From IMG/VR virus record IMGVR_UViG_3300045988_183453: a stretch of DNA of 64,000 nucleotides; one strand, given 5' to 3'. The notes under the pieces are model-generated. The model worked only from the letters and a program-made list of their open reading frames with translations. It did no database searches and was not told the origin of the DNA. Both the position numbers and the translations under genes were made by a program. The DNA comes from a virus. Below are positions 10,339-20,093 of the stretch, in pieces (the stretch's first letter is position 1; every line of letters starts with the position of its first letter).

Positions 10339-11083
10339 TTATAAACGTTGTATCGATAAAAACGATGTCAAACGCAACGCCGGTGATGATGCCCCTGAAG
10401 CCGAATATCAAGCCCCGGTTTTGTACAATGCATCGACAAAGTTCGTAAAAAGCAAGCTCCAAAAGGCAGTGGATGCTTTGAAATCGGTTCCGGATGATGT
10501 TCCCTTGAAAAAGCTGCCGGATTCCATTCGCAATGATGTCTCGATTGAGATTCTTAAAGCCGAGCGGTCAATCATTGTCTCATTTGAGAGTGATGAAGCC
10601 CCTGCACCGTATCAGCGAAAAAACATTGCAACGTCAATTCAAAACGATTTCTGTATGGTTTCTATCCCTCAAAATGGCTTTCTCAAGCTCCGGTTTTCTT
10701 CCTTTTTGCCGCCTTTTCAGCATGAGTGGTACAGCCGCAAGGCAAAGGCGAAAGACGCTGTTGGGCAGTATTATCTTGATGCCGAATTCGATTACATCAC
10801 AGAGGCTGCTATCAAGGCATTTATCGCTCAAAATGGGCCAATTAACCTGCCTTCCGAACAGCTTTTTCTCGTGTTTTGTCGCGGCGTTTCACCCACGAAA
10901 AAGACCCCGATTGACAGCAACAATGTCTATACGGGAGCCATCACAAATGCCATTTGCAGGGTGCTCCAACACGGTGATGGATGGGATATGATGAGCTTCC
11001 TTTACACTGCAATTCCGACCGAATATGACCCGTATTTGGAAGTGATTCTTTGCTCAAAAGCCGACCTCTTTCATTGGCTTTAA
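10316..11083 (+). CDS. Hypothetical protein
   Basis: ORF overlapping the previous stop; start uncertain (track start 10295, ATG 10316). Confidence 0.45.
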   Translation: MAFPSLNDYKRCIDKNDVKRNAGDDAPEAEYQAPVLYNASTKFVKSKLQKAVDALKSVPDDVPLKKLPDSIRNDVSIEILKAERSIIVSFESDEAPAPYQRKNIATSIQNDFCMVSIPQNGFLKLRFSSFLPPFQHEWYSRKAKAKDAVGQYYLDAEFDYITEAAIKAFIAQNGPINLPSEQLFLVFCRGVSPTKKTPIDSNNVYTGAITNAICRVLQHGDGWDMMSFLYTAIPTEYDPYLEVILCSKADLFHWL

Positions 11084-11092
11084 CGTAGTCCG

Positions 11093-11170
11093 GTAGTAAC
11101 ATTTTAAGGGATATAAAAGAGTAACATTTTTAGGTGTCATATTTTCGTTCCCTAGAAATGTTACTCTTTC
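11093..11170. promoter_or_regulatory. Operator-like repeats GTAACATTT (two direct, one inverted)
   Basis: ggtagtaacatttt ... aagagtaacattt ...(30 bp)... aaatgttactctt. A 13-bp perfect inverted repeat upstream of gene 11256. Confidence 0.5.
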
Positions 11171-11255
11171 TTTTTGATTTTACGCGGTACGATATGAATT
11201 TCAGCCCTGCGATTCGTATGAGGTACGGAATCGAACGGACAACTTTGGTGGTACT

Positions 11256-12533
11256 ATGACGAACGAACAAAAGCTTCTCGTATATCTCTATAGCGTTGAT
11301 TCTATCCAGCACAAGCAGCTTGCCATTGCTCTCTCTGACATCCCATATCAATGCGTTACCAAAGCTCTGAGAGCGGCCAAAAAGCATGGGTATGTTGAGG
11401 TCTTTATGAGAGATGAATCGCGGTATGTGCGTATCTCTCCGGACGGTCTGAAATACATTCGAAGCACTCAAAAAGACGCTCTGGATGTAGACAAGCGGGC
11501 GGCTATGAAGCGGCGAATCAAAGGCGAACAAGGACGGCTCACCAGGGTGGAAACGACACTCTGCATGTGCCGAGCAGCGGGAATTCAGCCTGCCAAGGAA
11601 GCTGGTATCAAGTTAATCGATGTGCTTGACCCCGAGCAGGATGCGACCCAAACTTTCATGAATGACTTCTTCTATGACAAAGGACTTCTTTTCCTGTCCG
11701 ATGAAATCTCTGCAACTATCAAGACGAGCACCACAATGGGCGAGGAGTACACGCTCGGTCAAAGCCGTCTGGTAGGTATCGTAATCAACCGCACAGGCAT
11801 TTCTTTTCTCTACTGTACGCTCGATAAGCTGATGCGATGGGTTGTGTCTTACGAACAGCGGCGTGTAAGTGCAGTGATGGAACTCTTGAAATCCAGCTCA
11901 CTTGCGGCAACTGACGAGGACTTCGCAACAATCTGCAATATGTCTCCTAAGTGCATCGTTATCGGCAAGACCTGCGCTATAGTTCCAAAAATCATTACTG
12001 GCGATAAGTATGGCAAAGCAATCGACAGCACTGATATTATCAAAACCCATAACGCAACAAGGCTCTTGACGCTCACGAATCTCGAACAAGTCTACAAGTA
12101 CAGCTATTTCGTTCCAGCAAGTTCTATCGGCGTGGAACTTCTTGCTCGAACAGCAGCTTTAACACGAAACGAACTCAATGAAATGATTTCCGTGTGGCTG
12201 GATGAGATGGCTGAAAGCCATACAACCGTTACTACTGGGCGATATGTTGAAGCATACATCAATGAACAGAAATGCAAAACCATAACGCTGCCGGTCATTG
12301 AGTTTGAAGAACTCGAATATCAAAAAAACGGACGAGTGCCTTATCATGTCGTTTGTGAGCGAGGAACGCAAGACGGTATCAGCCGGGCACTAGGAAGCAA
12401 AGTTCTCGATTTCAAGGATTTTGACAACATCCCAATGCCAGCACATAAATACGACGACGACGGAATTCGCCGCGATGGAATTAACCCATTGACGCATAAT
12501 GGATACAATGAAGAGGAGATGGATGACCAATGA
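11256..12533 (+). CDS. Hypothetical protein with N-terminal winged-HTH-like region
   Basis: 425 aa; the N-terminal 70 aa look wHTH-like (…QHKQLAIALSDIPYQCVTKALRAAKKHGYVEV…). No relaxase or recombinase motifs recognised. Confidence 0.55.
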   Translation: MTNEQKLLVYLYSVDSIQHKQLAIALSDIPYQCVTKALRAAKKHGYVEVFMRDESRYVRISPDGLKYIRSTQKDALDVDKRAAMKRRIKGEQGRLTRVETTLCMCRAAGIQPAKEAGIKLIDVLDPEQDATQTFMNDFFYDKGLLFLSDEISATIKTSTTMGEEYTLGQSRLVGIVINRTGISFLYCTLDKLMRWVVSYEQRRVSAVMELLKSSSLAATDEDFATICNMSPKCIVIGKTCAIVPKIITGDKYGKAIDSTDIIKTHNATRLLTLTNLEQVYKYSYFVPASSIGVELLARTAALTRNELNEMISVWLDEMAESHTTVTTGRYVEAYINEQKCKTITLPVIEFEELEYQKNGRVPYHVVCERGTQDGISRALGSKVLDFKDFDNIPMPAHKYDDDGIRRDGINPLTHNGYNEEEMDDQ

Positions 12534-12832
12534 TAGCGATTCGAGTATGTCCAACCTGCAAGCGCAAGTTTGAAGCTCGTGTGGGAGAACCCCAAACTTA
12601 TTGTGAAGAGTGTCTTGAACTCAAAACCATGAGTGAATCGTCCGTGTGCTCTTGGTTCTTTGATGACGATGACTTCGATGACGATTTCGATATCTCGGAA
12701 GCTGGAAAAGAAGAAAAGGCGGAGACACAAGAGGGAAAGCAGAGTAGACAAGTATTTGACTTGATTCCGCCGCACAAGGAAAAGACAAGACGCATGGACA
12801 ACGCTTTCTTCCAGGAAGCATTGAAAGGCTGA
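12530..12832 (+). CDS. Small zinc-ribbon protein with acidic tail
   Basis: CPTCKRKF…YCEEC is a CxxC…CxxC motif. Overlaps the upstream stop (ATGA). Confidence 0.5.
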   Translation: MIAIRVCPTCKRKFEARVGEPQTYCEECLELKTMSESSVCSWFFDDDDFDDDFDISEAGKEEKAETQEGKQSRQVFDLIPPHKEKTRRMDNAFFQEALKG

Positions 12833-12930
12833 CAGAAGGGTTGATGGAGCTACTTCAACCTCTCGTCTGGCAGGCTGGCAACACTTTGACCGCTAATCGT
12901 GAACTTTCATTTAACAAACCGGCTTCCAAA

Positions 12931-12959
12931 TTGAGAAAAAGTGCAATTTATGGTATAAT
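12931..12959 (+). promoter_or_regulatory. Sigma70-like promoter (TTGAGA-N17-TATAAT), degenerate copy of the element-wide spacer motif
   Basis: ttgagaaaaagtgcaatttatggtataat; the spacer GTGCAATTT resembles the GTGCGAATT motif. Confidence 0.5.
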
Positions 12960-13063
12960 GCAGATATAGAAAAGAAAAATTGTACATACCTCTGACCACA
13001 AATCATTCAGATGCAATCTAATCAAAGTTTGAGGTTATCTAAATCAAATCGGAAGCATGTCCT

Positions 13064-13732
13064 ATGAAAAGAAAGTTTTTAATTCCATACGCTGCAGCAA
13101 CACTGGCAATGGCAGCCGCAATCTGCACTGCCAGAATACCTTCCGTTGCTTTAGCAAGGACCTATGAGGGCTATAATGGAATGAAGCGTAGCTCGACGGC
13201 AGAAGAGACATTCCAGGAAATCAAAGTTTCTGCCTTTGCCTCCATCAAAGAAGTGACGGCGGAGGAAGCACGAAGCGTAGCTGATGGCATCATCGTTTTT
13301 GCATTTCCTACCTGCCCTTATTGCCGGAACCTGATGCCGGAACTTATCGAGACCGCAAAAGAGGAGGGAAAGACCCTCTACTATTGCCAGATTGATAACT
13401 ACCGCGACAAGTATGAATTTGATGAGACTCTGAATGGCCCGGTCATGACCGTGGCTCCCGGAAAAGGGTATTATGAGCTTCTTGACTGGCTGAGCGATTA
13501 TCTCAGCGACTATACTGTGAAAGACGAGAACGGCGAAAGCATCAGTATCGGTGAAAAGAGAATCGGAGCGCCCACCATAATTACAGTCCAGAACGGGGTT
13601 CCTGTATCCTCCTGGAAGCTGAGCATGGTAGAGAACGCCGAGTTCCCTGACAATGCGTATACTCGTTGGAGCCAGGAAACACAGGAAATCGTATCGGAGT
13701 CACTGCATCAATATTTTGCTGAGGAGGCATAA
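13064..13732 (+). CDS. Secreted thioredoxin-fold protein (CPYC active site)
   Basis: Signal peptide (…AAICTARIPSVALA), then FAFPTCPYCRNLMPEL, a thioredoxin/glutaredoxin-like CxxC. Confidence 0.7.
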   Translation: MKRKFLIPYAAATLAMAAAICTARIPSVALARTYEGYNGMKRSSTAEETFQEIKVSAFASIKEVTAEEARSVADGIIVFAFPTCPYCRNLMPELIETAKEEGKTLYYCQIDNYRDKYEFDETLNGPVMTVAPGKGYYELLDWLSDYLSDYTVKDENGESISIGEKRIGAPTIITVQNGVPVSSWKLSMVENAEFPDNAYTRWSQETQEIVSESLHQYFAEEA

Positions 13733-13735
13733 ATC

Positions 13736-13960
13736 ATGTCGAATATCACTGTTGGTCGAATCTTGCTTCTGGACCTTGTGTTCCTTGTTAATTCTGCTTT
13801 AACTCTTGTTGTTTTCAAGTTCGTTGGCCTTTTGGATGTTATGACTACACCGGCCTTGTTCTTTCATTTTGTTGGTTCTTATATTATCCTGGCATATTTC
13901 ATGTTTTGGATTTATCCGCAGATTCTGGAAGACCGGGAAAACAACGACGACGATAAATAA
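13736..13960 (+). CDS. Small membrane protein
   Basis: 74 aa with two hydrophobic helices; starts 4 nt after the upstream stop. Confidence 0.4.
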   Translation: MSNITVGRILLLDLVFLVNSALTLVVFKFVGLLDVMTTPALFFHFVGSYIILAYFMFWIYPQILEDRENNDDDK

Positions 13961-13964
13961 CTTG

Positions 13965-14195
13965 GTCGGAACCGTAGGTGCTTGAAACCGTAGGTACTTG
14001 CCTAAAGTTGAGCGAAATGTACTTGCGGGAAGCGTAGCCGCAATAGACTACTCCGAAAGTACCGTAGGCCCGCATGCCGTAGGCCATACAATGAAGCGTA
14101 GCTGTTTGTAAAGAAATGAAAGACGGATGATGGAAGCGTAGCCGCTGCCCGGTAACAGGCTGCCGGTTGCGTAGCTGCCATTCGTCTTTTTTGGT
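13965..14195. repeat. Cluster of short repeats (A)ACCGTAGG and GAAGCGTAGC
   Basis: CCGTAGG occurs 4 times and GCGTAGC 4 times within 230 bp. The same motif pair recurs at 47280-47340. Confidence 0.6.
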
Positions 14196-14212
14196 TTAGA
14201 GGAGAGACGAGA

Positions 14213-14446
14213 ATGGTATATGAGGTAATCAGTCCACGCCCACATGGTTCAGAAACATTCGTGGGATTGCATACGCAATACCCGGAATGCATCGACCCGT
14301 TGAGTGTGCAGGAAGCGATGCTCAGCGGCGGTAACAAAATTACATTCAAGGGCACTGAGAAAGAATATGAGGCGGTCAAGAAAAAGCTGGCAGCCAAAGT
14401 CAAGGTGACCATCATCAAAGAACAGAAAACGGAGAAAGAAAGATAA
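14213..14446 (+). CDS. Hypothetical small protein
   Basis: 77 aa with RBS GGAGAGA; the next gene starts 2 nt after its stop. Confidence 0.4.
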   Translation: MVYEVISPRPHGSETFVGLHTQYPECIDPLSVQEAMLSGGNKITFKGTEKEYEAVKKKLAAKVKVTIIKEQKTEKER

Positions 14447-14447
14447 T

Positions 14448-15197
14448 ATGGTAAAGACTGATTTCAAGAACACTTATGAAGCATTTATGCATTGCGATAA
14501 AAACAAGCTGGCGAAAGAATTTGCTGCCATGTATTCCGATAACGAGGAACAGGCGGCAGCAGTTAAGGAGGTCGATAGAGCATTTGCCAGAATGAAGACC
14601 GTCACGCCAAAAGCAGTAAACCCGGATGAGCAAAGTATCATTGTGGTTTGCAAGGGATTTGGCGATGAAGGCGATGACACTGTCTGTATCGAAGTGAGAG
14701 ACCTCCGTAACTGGAAAGAAAAGCACACGAAAAAGTCTGAGCCTATTAGTGACGAGATGCTGACCTTTATGAGCACGGACGAAATCGAGAATGCAGTGAT
14801 GAAGCAGGACCTTCCCACGAAATATGCTTTTGAGCTCAGTGCTTGGAATGAAATTCTTAGCTGGAAACTGGCACCATCCAGCATCTACATCTATGGCCTT
14901 GAATTCTGCCTGTCCCGTGTGTTATGGGAAATAACCTTCTTTGGTGTAGATGCATCCGGCGTTGAGCTGGAAAAGGAAAAGCTCGATACGAGATTTGAGG
15001 AAGCGCAGAGGGCTTTTGATGAAAACAAGGAACCTCGAATTGGATTCTCAATTGAAGACATTGCCAAGAAACTTCTCGGTGATGACTATACCGAAGACTG
15101 GTATCCCGAAGAGGAGCAGGAACGCGACCGCCGAAATATGGTTATTTCCTCCTATAAGGACAACAATGAAATGGAACGGCTGCTCATGATGCTTTAA
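14448..15197 (+). CDS. Hypothetical protein
   Basis: 249 aa acidic ORF; no motif recognised. Confidence 0.5.
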   Translation: MVKTDFKNTYEAFMHCDKNKLAKEFAAMYSDNEEQAAAVKEVDRAFARMKTVTPKAVNPDEQSIIVVCKGFGDEGDDTVCIEVRDLRNWKEKHTKKSEPISDEMLTFMSTDEIENAVMKQDLPTKYAFELSAWNEILSWKLAPSSIYIYGLEFCLSRVLWEITFFGVDASGVELEKEKLDTRFEEAQRAFDENKEPRIGFSIEDIAKKLLGDDYTEDWYPEEEQERDRRNMVISSYKDNNEMERLLMML

Positions 15198-15222
15198 GAG
15201 AAAACGAGAAGGGGAGATGAGG

Positions 15223-16062
15223 ATGAGCGAAATCTTCGTGGCGGGAGATATCCATGGAAACTATCAAGGATTGATGGAATCTCTCAATGCAGCAGGCTGG
15301 CAGGAAGGCGATACCATCATCTGCGTGGGAGATGTCACCGACCGTGGAAAAGATAATGCCAGAACGGTGTCCTTTCTGCAGGAGCATGAATGTAATGTGA
15401 GATTGGTTCAGGGCAACCATGAGCTTCAGCATAAGAAGCTGCTGCAGTACTATCATGTGCTAATCAAAGTTCCACAGATTCGATTGTTTGCAGCAGGGAT
15501 ATTCAGAACATACAAGGCAGGATATACTTATCCCAAAACAAAAGAAGAACTCAAAGAGTATGAGTGCAGTGCCGATAAACGAATCGAAATCATTCAGGGA
15601 AAGCCTAAGACCTTTCATGCTTTTGTTCGAGCCTTTATCGCTTATACATTAGCATGGGAAGACGATAGCCTTTGGAAGATTATTCTGTACTTGCTGGAAG
15701 TGATGTGCGGCAATCCCTATGATGCCGAAAGAACTATATACGAGTATCTCTCCTGTACAAGGAAACAAAGAGCAGCGTTTGAATGGCTTTGGAATCAGAC
15801 GGCTACTGAGGTTAATATCGATTATACGGAACCATATAAGTATCAGCATATAGTGATTACGCATAATAATCCTTTTGGAAGATATTATAGCTATGACCCG
15901 GATGAGGTACGGTCTGGACACGATAAGACGCTCTATATCTTTGGGCACATCCCGCATTCCGAAATCGTCAGGTTTGACAGGGCTTGTTCCGGATGCACTT
16001 ATCTGGACATTGACACATCCCTGAATTCGGTCGGCGTCATTAAGCTGAGTGATTATCTCTAA
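15223..16062 (+). CDS. Metallophosphoesterase, PPP (lambda phosphatase-like) family
   Basis: Motifs GDIHGN, GDVTDRG and GNHE. ATG 15223 has better RBS spacing than 15217. Confidence 0.8.
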   Translation: MSEIFVAGDIHGNYQGLMESLNAAGWQEGDTIICVGDVTDRGKDNARTVSFLQEHECNVRLVQGNHELQHKKLLQYYHVLIKVPQIRLFAAGIFRTYKAGYTYPKTKEELKEYECSADKRIEIIQGKPKTFHAFVRAFIAYTLAWEDDSLWKIILYLLEVMCGNPYDAERTIYEYLSCTRKQRAAFEWLWNQTATEVNIDYTEPYKYQHIVITHNNPFGRYYSYDPDEVRSGHDKTLYIFGHIPHSEIVRFDRACSGCTYLDIDTSLNSVGVIKLSDYL

Positions 16063-16071
16063 GAAAGCATA

Positions 16072-16114
16072 AGCACCATGGGGGCAGAGAGCCTCTGTGG
16101 TGCTTTTTCTTTTT
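16072..16114 (+). terminator. Rho-independent terminator
   Basis: agcaccatgggggcagagagcctctgtggtgct followed by TTTTTCTTTTT. Confidence 0.65.
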
Positions 16115-16625
16115 GTGCGGGTAAGTTCTCTCCTGACTCGCACGGAAGCGGAGCGCAGGCGACGGCTTTCTGGCGGCTGTGGGGTGGTAGAACAATCAGT
16201 CCAAAGTCTGGTTTCATAATGTTCATCAGAACGGATGGCCTGGTCAAAACGAATCTATGCCAAGGCATACCGATTTCTCAGCAGAGCGCAGTCGTCCCAA
16301 TAAGATAGGTTCAGAACGTCTGCAGCAGTTTGCGACAACTGCCAGCTTATCACTTTTGCTGCCTGCTTGTCTCAGCAAACTCTCCTGTAACCAAAACCAG
16401 AGACTTGGCTATTCGGCTTTGATAAAAGCAGTTCACAAAGCGGACTTCCCATTGTATAATAGTGACATACATTTGAGTTTCGCAGGACTGATATCAGGTG
16501 GAGCAGATGGGCAAGAATCGGATGAACTGCAGGGAAGCGTGAGCAAAGAAAACCACAAGGACAGCAAAGATAATCTTGGCAGAACGGGGAAATTCTGATA
16601 TCGTTCAAGGAAGGAGGAATGAGAC

Positions 16626-18023
16626 ATGGAACAAACGATTGACACAGAGACAGAGGGGCTCTCAAAGCGGGAAAAGTACCGCGAATGGCGCGGTGAGGAG
16701 TATGATGTTGTCTCAAAAGTCGCTTTCCTTATTGGCGTGACAGACTCTCACTGGAAGAGCCAGTATACGGGTTTGGATTCAGATATTTATGAGCAACTCA
16801 GCGATAACCGAGACGCTCGCATTATCCGAAACCTCTGTGGCTTACGAACCGAGATAGAGCGGAACTTCAAGCGCTTCTCAATGCTGATTCTGATGGAGTT
16901 AAAGAACCTGCATACGATTCCGCAGACACAGGGAATGGTCAATCAACTCCGCAAGGATGGAATCGATATCATAAAAGCAAATCCAAAGCTGGAAGAATAC
17001 CTTCCAAAAATCAATGCTCTCTTGCTGCAGCACATCGATGCCTGTAAATCTCTGTTTCCAATCTGGGTCAACTGGGAGTTCGTGCGGCAGCTGTTTATCA
17101 TCCCTGGCGGCAACAGCACAAAGAAGTCCAAGGAAGTCTTCGAGTATTATATGGAGAACCTCGAACGCTATCCGTATCGCATGTTCATTAACTGGCGGTG
17201 GAGCAAAGACGAAGAGGGGAATCTTCTCTATAATGACGAAAAGTTCCTGAGCCGACTCTATCAGCAGAATGGTGAGGTGTTCACCGGTTATTCCAATGTC
17301 AGAGGAGAAGGAAGAGAAACCAAGAGAAACATTTATGGATTTGTGGATGCCAGCGAACAGACGGTTGCTCTCGTTGACTGCGAAAACTGTGACCCGCTGA
17401 AACTGTGTGCGGCTCTTCAAAGTATGCAGCCGGAAACGCTTGCTAAAATCACAAAAATCATTTTGTACAATGATGTTAATGCTTCTTCTGCCTGGAATCT
17501 GCTTCAGAAACACACAAAGGCGGTTATTGAACATCAGATGTCGGAACGGGTCCTTACAGGGAAAAGCCTTGTGGATGTGATGCTAGTGGCAGGATGCTGT
17601 AAGGAGCACTATGTCAACAAGGTGGACAGTTTCTTACTGTTTTCATCGGATTCTGATTATTGGGGGCTTATCAGCTCGGTGTCCACTGCCAAATTTCTCG
17701 TGATGGTTGAGCAAAATAAAGTCAGCAGCGAAATTGTACAGAAAATGATTGACAGTGATATTCCCTTTTGCTATCTAGACCAGTTTTGCCAAGGTGGGCA
17801 ATCTCACAAAATGAAGGTTGATGCACTGCTCAGTGAATGCCAGCGCTTTGTCGGCAGGCACTTTGAAAGCTTTAACGTCAAGGAAATGATGAATGTGGCT
17901 CATCTACAGACCCGCATCGAGCTTTCGAAGGCTGAGGAAAAACAGTTTTATGAACGATATATCAAAACCATGCGCATCAAGATTTCAGCGGATGGTTCCG
18001 TAAATATTGAGTTCGGAAGCTGA
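16626..18023 (+). CDS. NYN/LabA-like (PIN-fold) nuclease domain protein with unknown N-terminal domain
   Basis: C-terminal half carries VALVDCENCD … LFSSDSDYWGLI, matching the NYN aspartate motifs. RBS AAGGAGGA. Confidence 0.55.
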   Translation: MEQTIDTETEGLSKREKYREWRGEEYDVVSKVAFLIGVTDSHWKSQYTGLDSDIYEQLSDNRDARIIRNLCGLRTEIERNFKRFSMLILMELKNLHTIPQTQGMVNQLRKDGIDIIKANPKLEEYLPKINALLLQHIDACKSLFPIWVNWEFVRQLFIIPGGNSTKKSKEVFEYYMENLERYPYRMFINWRWSKDEEGNLLYNDEKFLSRLYQQNGEVFTGYSNVRGEGRETKRNIYGFVDASEQTVALVDCENCDPLKLCAALQSMQPETLAKITKIILYNDVNASSAWNLLQKHTKAVIEHQMSERVLTGKSLVDVMLVAGCCKEHYVNKVDSFLLFSSDSDYWGLISSVSTAKFLVMVEQNKVSSEIVQKMIDSDIPFCYLDQFCQGGQSHKMKVDALLSECQRFVGRHFESFNVKEMMNVAHLQTRIELSKAEEKQFYERYIKTMRIKISADGSVNIEFGS

Positions 18024-18028
18024 AGACG

Positions 18029-18361
18029 ATGCACAATGATAGCAAGGAGGGTAAATACCAAGTGATACCGATTGTATGTGTCGATGACCAATTCGGCATG
18101 GCGTTCAACAAACGGCGCTGCAGCTCGGATGTGGCCGTCCTCAAAGATATTCTTGGCAGAACGGATAATGCCAAGCTATGGACCGACTCGTACTCAGCAA
18201 AACTGTTTTCACCTGAATCTGAGATTCTAGTGGATGACAGGGCTTTTGAGAAAGCCGGGGCAGGGGAATATGTGTTTTGCGAGCGAGTAGACCCAGGAAA
18301 ATATCAGGATAGAATCGAGAAAGTCCTTGTGTATTTCTGGAACCAGAAATATCCTTCCTGA
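18029..18361 (+). CDS. Hypothetical protein
   Basis: 110 aa ORF, 5 nt after the upstream stop. Confidence 0.45.
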   Translation: MHNDSKEGKYQVIPIVCVDDQFGMAFNKRRCSSDVAVLKDILGRTDNAKLWTDSYSAKLFSPESEILVDDRAFEKAGAGEYVFCERVDPGKYQDRIEKVLVYFWNQKYPS

Positions 18362-18390
18362 AGCCAATAAATTATTGCGGAGAAACCTTA

Positions 18391-19536
18391 ATGGGAACAT
18401 ATATCACACATGAGGGCCTGCCATTTCATGGGGGTCTCAAGAAAATCAGAATCAGGTCCTACCGAGCAACCGACCCATCTATGCCAGGATTTGATGAAGA
18501 GCAGCTTCTCGAAATCACACGGGACGGAACAGTGAAGCTCACGCAAAAGACTCCGTCAGGAACAGAAAAGGTGAAAACCCGTATTTCACAAGCTGATGCT
18601 GCTTATATCTTTGCTGCATTCTCCGAAGTATTCGCGAGCTATCGAAGGGAACACATCCCATCACTTAGTGGTCATTGGCGAGTTCGGCTTCTAACGGATA
18701 ATAATGAGGTATACTTCTACCACGGCGCAAATGGGCAGGATTACCGCTACCATGACGAGTCTCTTACGGATATTCTTCGACAAAGAACCGGAATGCAGAA
18801 ACTATTTGGTCTGAGCGTTAAGGCTGAGACAAAGAGTAAGGTGGAATCCATAGAAATCAGTCTGGAACAGACTGCAACAGATGAGGTAAAAGACAAATAT
18901 GCCAGCGAGTATGGAATTTGTATACATGATATAAATGAGTGGCTGCTTGTCAGTTCAGAAGGTACGCTGACCTATAACCGCCGTATCGCAAAGATAGGAA
19001 GAGTCTCCTTGCAGTATGAGCTAAAAGACAAGGTGGCGGAATTCCTCAAACTATATGAGGACCGAGATGTGTTTTCTCGTCCAAAAGGGAACTCGCCAGA
19101 TACTGTACAAAATGAGATTCGAAAGACATACAAGATAGTTGTGACCCGTGATGACGGAGAAAGTTCCGTTCTGGAAGGCTCATTCGACAAGGACGGTCTG
19201 CCCGATAACTGGGCGGACTTTGTTGGCAGGCTGACAGACTTCTTCCAAGGTCAAAGCCTCGGGATGCTTTTCGATTCTCGCTCGTACAACAAGGTGCTGA
19301 GGAAGAACAATGAAGTGGCTTTTTGCGGCGTTGATATTGATGGCGCAGTAGGAACGCGCTATTACCGCTGCGGAGATGAAATCTGCGAGGGAGATACGGT
19401 CGTGGTCCCGACACCGATGAAGCACACATTGGCTATAGGACGGGCTGTCGAAATTCGGTATTGTCCCAAAGACCAGATTCCGAAAGAGATGGCGCAGGCA
19501 CAAGAGATTCTGGGCCTTGCCAAAGAAACAGAATAG
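18391..19536 (+). CDS. Hypothetical protein
   Basis: 381 aa ORF; no motif recognised. Confidence 0.5.
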   Translation: MGTYITHEGLPFHGGLKKIRIRSYRATDPSMPGFDEEQLLEITRDGTVKLTQKTPSGTEKVKTRISQADAAYIFAAFSEVFASYRREHIPSLSGHWRVRLLTDNNEVYFYHGANGQDYRYHDESLTDILRQRTGMQKLFGLSVKAETKSKVESIEISLEQTATDEVKDKYASEYGICIHDINEWLLVSSEGTLTYNRRIAKIGRVSLQYELKDKVAEFLKLYEDRDVFSRPKGNSPDTVQNEIRKTYKIVVTRDDGESSVLEGSFDKDGLPDNWADFVGRLTDFFQGQSLGMLFDSRSYNKVLRKNNEVAFCGVDIDGAVGTRYYRCGDEICEGDTVVVPTPMKHTLAIGRAVEIRYCPKDQIPKEMAQAQEILGLAKETE

Positions 19537-19540
19537 GGAA

Positions 19541-19580
19541 AAGAAAAAAGAGGGGCTTAGAACAGCTCCTCTTTTCTTGT
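19541..19580. terminator. Bidirectional terminator between convergent genes
   Basis: A-run, then hairpin aagaggggcttagaacagctcctctt, then T-run. Confidence 0.6.
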
Positions 19581-19584
19581 TGCT

Positions 19585-19974
19585 TTATTCGCCCAGAGCC
19601 TCTCCGAGCGAAAGGACCGCATTGCGGACACATTCAGGGCAGGGACACAGAACTTTGCCGGTTCCAATGCCTTTCAGGTCCTTGCAGATGGTAGCACCGC
19701 ATTTACGCTCGAAATTCTGTACAAGCTCTTTGGAAATACGGGGCGTGCCTTTGCCATCTGTGAGAATGCCTGCCACCATGACAGCGCCAATCAGGGCCCC
19801 GCAAGTGCTTTCCATACACCCCATCCCGGCAGCGTATCCCGCCGTCAGCTTCATCAGCGTTTCATCATCGATAGGTAGTTTATCCTCAAACACCTTGACC
19901 ACAGACTGTGTGCAGTTGCATTTCCCGGTCGCCTTCAGTTCAGCAGCCACCGCTGCGCGTTCCTCAATACTCAT
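19585..19974 (-). CDS. Cysteine-rich putative redox protein (C_GCAxxG_C_C-like)
   Basis: 129 aa with CNC…C-GALIGA…C…CPC; the spacing resembles the C-GCAxxG-C-C family. Confidence 0.5.
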   Translation of the reverse strand: MSIEERAAVAAELKATGKCNCTQSVVKVFEDKLPIDDETLMKLTAGYAAGMGCMESTCGALIGAVMVAGILTDGKGTPRISKELVQNFERKCGATICKDLKGIGTGKVLCPCPECVRNAVLSLGEALGE

Positions 19975-20021
19975 ATTTTACACTCCTTTTTCTTTCCAGT
20001 ATACCACAAAAAGACGGGCAC

Positions 20022-20058
20022 AGGCAAAAAAAGAAAGGAGCCACCCGAAGGTGACTCC
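20022..20058 (-). terminator. Rho-independent terminator (minus strand)
   Basis: Minus-strand hairpin ggagtcaccttcgggtggctcc followed by TTTCTTTTTTT. Confidence 0.6.
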
Positions 20059-20093
20059 AATAGTTTAGGTTCCTGTTTTAGCCGTAAAAAGCA

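Noticed and set aside
16257-16598. ORF 16257..16598 (113 aa) upstream of the NYN gene.
   Set aside because: It reads straight through a strong extended -10 promoter and the leader of gene 16626, and has no RBS.
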